Of a stretch of 64,000 nucleotides of DNA, positions 58,006 through 64,000 are shown one piece after another (position 1 is the first letter of the stretch; every line of letters starts with the position of its first letter). Origin of the DNA: an uncultured Bacteroidota bacterium (GTDB lineage Bacteria > Bacteroidota > Bacteroidia > UKL13-3); contig CAIVZR010000097.1 in NCBI GenBank assembly GCA_903910445.1, positions 348 through 64,347 on the forward strand. The letters are read 5' to 3'. Under the pieces are notes generated by a model. It searched no databases. It was not told where the DNA came from and worked only from the letters and a program-made list of their open reading frames with translations. The position numbers and the translations under genes were made by a program.

Positions 58006-58242
58006 TTATTCAGTAGTTCTTGGCGTTCTCATTGCACGATACAAACGAAATCCGCCGTATATAACCAATCCTATTCCTAGTATTTTACTATAGGTTTCAT
58101 CCATTGAAAAATTCATTGCTGCGAGGTCGATGGCTTTTGTGAAAATGCCCATGCCTAATACAATATATACAAACGACATCACCATGCCGAGGATACGGAT
58201 GAATTTTTCGGCGCCACTTTGTTTTTGGGGTTGGTTTTCCAT
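58006..58242 (-). CDS. Small two-TM membrane protein, unknown function
   Basis: 78 aa with two hydrophobic helices and its own intergenic space. Confidence 0.35.
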   Translation of the reverse strand: MENQPQKQSGAEKFIRILGMVMSFVYIVLGMGIFTKAIDLAAMNFSMDETYSKILGIGLVIYGGFRLYRAMRTPRTTE

Positions 58243-58342
58243 GAATGAGTAAAAATATTTTCAGCAAAGTTAAACAATCCATCTTTTTGCTTTCAACAAT
58301 TTTTACTTCTTTTACCATTCAATATAATTTAACTAAAACATC

Positions 58343-59713
58343 ATGTCAACCCAATCCGAATATATCACTGCCAATAAGGATCGTTTCCTAAATGAGTTGC
58401 TCGACTTACTTCGCATTCCTAGTGTGAGTGCACGTTCTGAGCACAATGCCGATACCCTTCAATGCGCCGAAGCGGTAGCACAAAAGCTACGTGATGCAGG
58501 AGCCGAAGGAGTGGAGGTATGTGCCACCGAAGGGCATCCTATTGTGTATGCGCATAAAATTATCGACCCGAAACTCCCGACCATCCTGGTTTACGGGCAT
58601 TATGATGTGCAACCACCCGACCCATTGGAATTGTGGACTTCACCTCCATTTGAACCGGTAATTAAAGACGGGAAAATTTATGCGAGGGGTGCTTGTGATG
58701 ATAAAGGGCAAATGTATATGCATGTGAAGGCATTTGAAACCATGATGCAAACCAATACACTCACTTGTAATGTTAAGTTCATGATTGAAGGAGAAGAGGA
58801 GGTGGGAAGCAGCAATCTAGGGAAATTTGTAGCCTCCAATAAGGAGCGCTTGAAAGCTGATGTCATCTTGATTTCGGATACCTCGATGATTAGTATGGAT
58901 ACCCCAAGTATTGATGTGGGCCTGCGCGGACTGGCTTATATGGAAGTAGAAGTGGTAGGTCCGAATAGAGATTTGCATAGTGGCGTGTATGGTGGTGCTG
59001 TAGCCAATCCTGCAACAATTTTGGCCAAGATGATTGCAGGAATGCATGATGAAAATAATCATATCACCATCCCCGGATTTTATGATGATGTAAATAATTT
59101 AACAGAAGCCGAACGCAAAGATTTGAATGCTGCACCTTTTGATCAGGCAGAGTTTAATACCGACTTGGGTATCACGCAAGAATGGGGAGAGAAAGGATAT
59201 TCAACCTTTGAAAGAACGGGTACACGCCCTACTTTGGAGGTGAATGGAATTTGGAGTGGTTACACAGGAGAAGGAGCCAAAACTGTATTGCCATCGAAAG
59301 CCAATGCTAAAATAAGCATGCGATTGGTGCCCAATCAAAACAGTGATAAAATTTCGAAGCTCTTCGCCGATTATTTCAAAAGTGTTGCACCACCTACCGT
59401 GAAAGTGAGTGTTCATGAGCATCATGGAGGTGAGCCGTATTTAACACCTACCGATTCAATCCCATATTTGGCCGCATCTAAAGCCATTGAAAAATCGTTT
59501 GGCAAGAAACCAATTCCTACCAGAGGTGGGGGCAGTATTCCTATAGTTGCTTTGTTTGAGCGCGAACTCGGATTGAAGAGTATGTTGTTTGGTTTTGGAT
59601 TGGATAGCGACAACTTACATAGTCCGAATGAGAAATATGATATTTTCAATTTCTATAAAGGCATCGAAACCATCCCTTACTTCTACAACTATTTTGCTGA
59701 GTTGAGTAATTAG
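58343..59713 (+). CDS. M20 family dipeptidase (PepV / Sapep-like metallopeptidase)
   Basis: YGHYDVQPP, the metal ligands ARGACDDKGQ and the catalytic EGEEE motif. 456 aa. Confidence 0.85.
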   Translation: MSTQSEYITANKDRFLNELLDLLRIPSVSARSEHNADTLQCAEAVAQKLRDAGAEGVEVCATEGHPIVYAHKIIDPKLPTILVYGHYDVQPPDPLELWTSPPFEPVIKDGKIYARGACDDKGQMYMHVKAFETMMQTNTLTCNVKFMIEGEEEVGSSNLGKFVASNKERLKADVILISDTSMISMDTPSIDVGLRGLAYMEVEVVGPNRDLHSGVYGGAVANPATILAKMIAGMHDENNHITIPGFYDDVNNLTEAERKDLNAAPFDQAEFNTDLGITQEWGEKGYSTFERTGTRPTLEVNGIWSGYTGEGAKTVLPSKANAKISMRLVPNQNSDKISKLFADYFKSVAPPTVKVSVHEHHGGEPYLTPTDSIPYLAASKAIEKSFGKKPIPTRGGGSIPIVALFERELGLKSMLFGFGLDSDNLHSPNEKYDIFNFYKGIETIPYFYNYFAELSN

Positions 59714-59716
59714 TTT

Positions 59717-59747
59717 ACTAAATACTAAATACTAAATACTAAATACT
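59717..59747. repeat. Tandem heptamer repeat (ACTAAAT) x 4.4 in a convergent intergenic spacer
   Basis: Direct reading: actaaat actaaat actaaat actaaat act. It lies between the stops of two convergent genes. Confidence 0.9.
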
Positions 59748-59754
59748 CCTAACT

Positions 59755-60060
59755 CTAAATCGCTTCCATAATGGAACGGAAGGCGTAGAATTTTCCTGGG
59801 AATTTTTTATTCGTTTCTTCTTTTAGTGCTGGAGCAAATTCAGCAGCATAACGCTCATAGTCTTCCATCGAGGCGCATTGGTACTGAATACAGAAGGTAG
59901 TGCCCTCCTCGTCTTCCTGACGCGTAAGGAGCTGATACATCGAGTAGTTCAGGAACATGCCGGTAGCCATTACTTGTGGAAGGTGAATTTCTTTCATCCA
60001 TTTCACATATTCTTCCTGTACGTCATCATGTACATTAATAGTTACATTGTATACAATCAT
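59755..60060 (-). CDS. Small cytosolic protein, DUF4286-like
   Basis: 101 aa with an acidic conserved core and no signal peptide. Confidence 0.35.
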   Translation of the reverse strand: MIVYNVTINVHDDVQEEYVKWMKEIHLPQVMATGMFLNYSMYQLLTRQEDEEGTTFCIQYQCASMEDYERYAAEFAPALKEETNKKFPGKFYAFRSIMEAI

Positions 60061-60138
60061 GGTGTAAAAGTAGGTTTTTAAATGCTATTTCCTTTGGTTT
60101 ATCAATCTATCTTTGTAGAAATTTGCTATATCCATAAC

Positions 60139-60780
60139 ATGAAAGAGGCTACTTCTAAAGAAAAGGTATTAAAGCGAATCCGTCAAGCGCTCATCTACAA
60201 AACGGATTATAAGTTTGCCGATATCGACTTAGATACCAATGTGTATGCTCAAAGTGGGGAAGATCCTGCAGTGCAGTTTGCACAAGCTTTTTCGGAGGTG
60301 AATGGAAAATTTGTTTACAACGAAAATGAAGCAGCATTGGAAACCAATTTGAAAGCATTGCTAAGCCGCTATGGGATGGTGTTTTGTTTTGAGAAAAGCC
60401 TGCAACGAATATTGGGCAATAGTGAGATTGCATTTGAAAGTAACGATGTACGATTGAAAGAAATGGAAGTGAGTGTAACTAGCTGTGAAGCGCTCATAGC
60501 CCGAACCGGTAGTGTTGTAATTACCTCAGGAACCAATAGCGGCCGACGTATGAGCGTTTACGCCCCAGTTCATATTGTGATTGCTTATACCTATCAATTA
60601 TTTCCGGAAATTAAGGACGCGCTCGCTACGATTCGCACCAAATATAATGGAAGCATGCCCAGTTTAATTAGTCTCACAACAGGACCGAGTCGCACTTCCG
60701 ATATCGAAAAAACACTGGTACTTGGAGCGCATGGTCCGAAAGAAATGTTTGTGTTCTTGTTAGAAAAGAGCGGCGAATAA
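60139..60780 (+). CDS. LUD-domain protein (LutC/YkgG-like)
   Basis: ALIARTGSVVITSGTNSGRRMSVYAPVHIVIAYTYQL....LTTGPSRTSDIEKTLVLGAHGPKE matches the LutC/DUF162 signature. The start is set at the internal Met (MKEATSKEK). Confidence 0.6.
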   Translation: MKEATSKEKVLKRIRQALIYKTDYKFADIDLDTNVYAQSGEDPAVQFAQAFSEVNGKFVYNENEAALETNLKALLSRYGMVFCFEKSLQRILGNSEIAFESNDVRLKEMEVSVTSCEALIARTGSVVITSGTNSGRRMSVYAPVHIVIAYTYQLFPEIKDALATIRTKYNGSMPSLISLTTGPSRTSDIEKTLVLGAHGPKEMFVFLLEKSGE

Positions 60781-60854
60781 TACCAAAAAGTACTAATAAA
60801 GAATTGAAGTGGTTTTGAATCGACTCAACTTCAACTTCAACTTCAATTTCATTC

Positions 60855-63800
60855 TTATTCTTTAACAATCTTTTTATTAATGACACCTTGCTTGGTTTTA
60901 ATTGCAAGGAGATAAACTCCCGATGCCTTATCGCTCAGATTTACAGTAGCAGAATTTGAACTCCACTCGATAGCACAATTCATTTTACTTCCTAATAAAT
61001 TATAGACCTCAATTTCCTCAATCTCAATAAGGCTTTGGATAGATACAATACCTCTAGTGGGGTTCGGAAATAGTTGGAGAATATTTTTATCCTGAACGCC
61101 TTGAACTCCTGTTTTACCAGTTGGTGCATTGAAATACGATTTGGTCAAACATCCCGTATCGTTTCCAACTTTAACCCAATAATAATTATTAGCGATATCG
61201 AGCTTATCGTAAAGGCACCAGGTGTTCGTTCTGCATGTTGTAATTTCTAGTGGGCTTGATTTGTTTTCATAACCCCATTCATAAATTTTATAATTACAAA
61301 ATTGGCATAGTAAAATATTGGTTGACAGATCATTCGCCTTTGCAATTACTATGGCTGCATTTGGAGCAATGCCTTTATTGAAATTTACTTTTAATGAATC
61401 AAATCCAATACAATAAGGGCTTACCCATTGATGTTCACTAACTTTGATGACTCCGTTATTGCCCGTATCCGACCAATGTACTTTTATACAGTTGGTGCCT
61501 TGCCCGTTTAAAATTACACCATTGCTAATACTCCAATTGATATTATTGGAAGTGTTATGAATACAATATTCTTTCCAACTCGAATTTTTGCAAACCGAAA
61601 TATCACCATTGATTTTCGGTAACGGATTTTGAAGCACCGTTATATTAACAGTGTCTGTTCCAGCACATCCATTACTATCAGTTACTGTTAAAATATAATT
61701 AGTTGTAATGTTTGGATTCGCAATTGGGTTTCTAATGGCATTATTACTTAAGCCTGCAATTGGGCTCCAGCTATAGGTTTTAGCAGTGCTTGCGTTCAGT
61801 ATAATACTATTGCCTTCACAAATAATAGCATCCAATCCGGCATTGGGTTTGGGATTTGGATTTACTTTAACAGTCAAAGTATCACTTTTAATACATCCGA
61901 AATTATTCGTAACAAATACGATATAATCAGTTGTTGCTGCAGGCGATGCTATTGGATTTGAGATGTTCGCATTACTCAACCCTATTGCAGGAACCCAACG
62001 ATAGGTGGTGCCGCCACTTGCATTAAGAGCTGCTCCAGATCCTTGACAAATACTAATATCATTACCTGCAAAAGCATTGGGTAGCGGATTTACCGTGATG
62101 CGTATTGTATCTTTACTAATACATCCACTAATATTTCCAACCGTAACGATATAGTTAGTGGTAACTGTTGGACTTGCAATTGGGTTAGGAATAGTAGTAT
62201 TACTTAATCCCACACTTGGGCTCCAGTTATAGGAGATGCCACCCGTAGCATTAAGTTGTAAGCTGTTTCCTTTGCATATTGCAGTATCAATACCAGCATT
62301 GGCAATGGGTAAAGCGTTTACTGTGATTTTTACTTCATCACTTGCCGTGCATCCATTCGAATCGGTTACTGTAACTGAGTAAATGGTGGTTGTTATAGGG
62401 CTTGCCAATGGATTCGCAATATTCGAATTGCTTAGCCCACTAGATGGATTCCAATGATAGCTAATTCCACCAGATGCGTTGAGCTGTGTACTTCCTCCCA
62501 AACAGATTGTAGCATCGAAACCTGCTTTTGCGGTGGGCAATGCATTTACCTTAACCTGAACATCGTCATTACTGCTGCAGCCGTTGGCATCGGTAACCTT
62601 TACAGTATAGGTGGTGATCGCCACAGGGCTGGCTATTGGATTGGAAATATATGGATTGCTTAATCCTGTGGATGGTGTCCATAAATAAGAAACACCTCCG
62701 CTTGCATTTAATTGAGTGCTGGAGCCCGAACATATAGAAACATCATTGCCAGCATTAACAATAGGTAAGGTATTCACTGTAACAATAACACTGTCGGAAC
62801 TAATGCAACCGTTGGAATTTTCAACGGCAACAATATAATTTGTCGTAATATTCGGGCTTGCAATGGGGTTAGAAATATTGGGATTGTTTAATCCAGTTGA
62901 AGGCGACCAGTGATACAATATTCCTCCACTGGCATTGAGTGTGGTGTTGCTTCCTTTGCATATTGAAATATCGGAACCTGCATTGGCGATTGGCAACGAA
63001 TTAACTATAACCTTAATATCATCGATGTTTTTACAGCCATTAATATCGGTTACGGTAACAGTGTAGGTGGTAGTGTTTACAGGGCTTGCTAAAGGATTGT
63101 TAATATTCGGATTGCTTAATCCGGTGGTTGGGCTCCATTGATAGCTAATACCTCCACTCGCTGAAAGCTGGGTACTCGTTCCTTTGCAAATAGTAATATC
63201 ACTTCCCGCATTTGCTGTTGGAAGAGAATTAACATTCACTACGATATCGTCTGCGTTGATACAACCATTAAAATCGGTGACCTTCACAACATAGGTAGTG
63301 TTGGTGGTTGGACTTGCAATAGGGTTAGCAATATTTGGATTGCTTAGTCCTGTAGTTGGCGTCCAACTGTAAGTGAATGGGGGCGTTCCACTCGTTACTG
63401 TAGCAGCTAAATTTACAGAGGATCCAGCACAAATTGAAATATTGGAACCCGCATTCACCAAGGGTTTTGGGTTCACAAATAAGTTGGCGTTATTGGAGGT
63501 CGCATTATTACATCCAGCATTGGAAATGATGCAACGATATTGGTAATAATTATTTGATGCTCCAATTCCGCTTAGTAATAAAGTGTATGTATTCCAATTG
63601 GAATAGGAAGGATTCGTACCACTCGATATAATGTTTGTAAATCCTGAACCAGTATTTACTTGCCACTGATAATTTAAGTTGGTACCATTCGCCACACACT
63701 GATACTGGGTGCTGCTGCCTTCGCAAACAGTGGAGTTTGCTGGATGAGAAGCAAATGATGGAATTGTATTCACCGACAAATTTGCGCTATTTGAATTAGC

Positions 63801-64000
63801 TGATGGAGTGCATAATCCAGCTACCACACAGCGATATTGATATCCTTGATTCCATGTTGCCACATTATTAACACCAAGTACAGCGGTATTCCAATTTGAA
63901 TAGGTTGGGTTTGACCCTGATATTGTTATGTCCGTCCAGGAGCCAGTTGCATTTACTTGCCATTGATAGGTAAGAAACGTACCCGTGGCCGCTGTGGTGT
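60855..64000 (-). CDS. Giant cell-surface adhesin-like protein with tandem Ig-like repeats and a T9SS C-terminal sorting domain (N-terminus beyond the window)
   Basis: Eight tandem ~76-aa repeats (LP.ANAG.D..IC.G.S..L.ASGG.SY.W.P..GLSN..I.NPIASP..TT.Y.V.V.D.NGC...D...V.VN). They are preceded by at least three ~50-aa YQWQVN..G..FT.I..G.NPSYS units. The T9SS CTD is ILQLFPNPTRGIVSIQ...GVYLLAI. The frame stays open to position 64000. Confidence 0.8.
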   Translation of the reverse strand, partial: TTAATGTFLTYQWQVNATGSWTDITISGSNPTYSNWNTAVLGVNNVATWNQGYQYRCVVAGLCTPSANSNSANLSVNTIPSFASHPANSTVCEGSSTQYQCVANGTNLNYQWQVNTGSGFTNIISSGTNPSYSNWNTYTLLLSGIGASNNYYQYRCIISNAGCNNATSNNANLFVNPKPLVNAGSNISICAGSSVNLAATVTSGTPPFTYSWTPTTGLSNPNIANPIASPTTNTTYVVKVTDFNGCINADDIVVNVNSLPTANAGSDITICKGTSTQLSASGGISYQWSPTTGLSNPNINNPLASPVNTTTYTVTVTDINGCKNIDDIKVIVNSLPIANAGSDISICKGSNTTLNASGGILYHWSPSTGLNNPNISNPIASPNITTNYIVAVENSNGCISSDSVIVTVNTLPIVNAGNDVSICSGSSTQLNASGGVSYLWTPSTGLSNPYISNPIASPVAITTYTVKVTDANGCSSNDDVQVKVNALPTAKAGFDATICLGGSTQLNASGGISYHWNPSSGLSNSNIANPLASPITTTIYSVTVTDSNGCTASDEVKITVNALPIANAGIDTAICKGNSLQLNATGGISYNWSPSVGLSNTTIPNPIASPTVTTNYIVTVGNISGCISKDTIRITVNPLPNAFAGNDISICQGSGAALNASGGTTYRWVPAIGLSNANISNPIASPAATTDYIVFVTNNFGCIKSDTLTVKVNPNPKPNAGLDAIICEGNSIILNASTAKTYSWSPIAGLSNNAIRNPIANPNITTNYILTVTDSNGCAGTDTVNITVLQNPLPKINGDISVCKNSSWKEYCIHNTSNNINWSISNGVILNGQGTNCIKVHWSDTGNNGVIKVSEHQWVSPYCIGFDSLKVNFNKGIAPNAAIVIAKANDLSTNILLCQFCNYKIYEWGYENKSSPLEITTCRTNTWCLYDKLDIANNYYWVKVGNDTGCLTKSYFNAPTGKTGVQGVQDKNILQLFPNPTRGIVSIQSLIEIEEIEVYNLLGSKMNCAIEWSSNSATVNLSDKASGVYLLAIKTKQGVINKKIVKE

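Noticed and set aside
60082-60138. First 19 codons of the LutC-like ORF
   Set aside because: They are hydrophobic junk preceding the conserved MKEATSKEKVLKRIR start.

Overview
This 64 kb window is a chromosomal segment from a Bacteroidota-type genome. It is about 39-40% GC, has no strong Shine-Dalgarno sites, and carries many T9SS C-terminal sorting domains. I found no transposase, integrase, CRISPR array, restriction-modification system or toxin-antitoxin pair on either strand.

Housekeeping loci are interleaved with accessory cell-envelope genes. The housekeeping genes include:
- a split IcmF-like B12 mutase;
- a tRNA-Thr/Tyr/Thr/Gly cluster followed by tuf;
- rsmE, gltA, lipA, lpdA, the yceD-rpmF-plsX block, dapF, cdsA, an M20 peptidase and a LysE exporter.

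The most interesting region is a same-strand, tightly packed run of eight genes at 10.2-18.7 kb. It encodes an ECF sigma factor, a putative anti-sigma factor, an LTXXQ/Spy-like periplasmic protein, two paralogous purple-acid-phosphatase-like metallophosphoesterases, a YHYH-motif protein, a HupE/UreJ-type permease and a DUF1566 protein. Four of these carry T9SS sorting tails. It looks like an uncharacterised ECF-controlled module for secreted phosphoesterases and metal handling.

Other notable items:
- seven T9SS cargo proteins in total, including a partial giant adhesin with about 76-aa tandem Ig-like repeats;
- a TPR lipoprotein resembling SprE/PorW;
- two large BNR/Asp-box beta-propeller proteins;
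- a tandem pair of hybrid histidine kinases;
- a bacterial deoxyhypusine-synthase-like gene;
- an intact tRNA-Met(CAT) followed by a degenerate 3'-half copy with hairpin insertions;
- an outer-membrane beta-barrel paired with a Rieske lipoprotein;
- a lipoprotein fused to a Pmp3/YqaE proteolipid domain.
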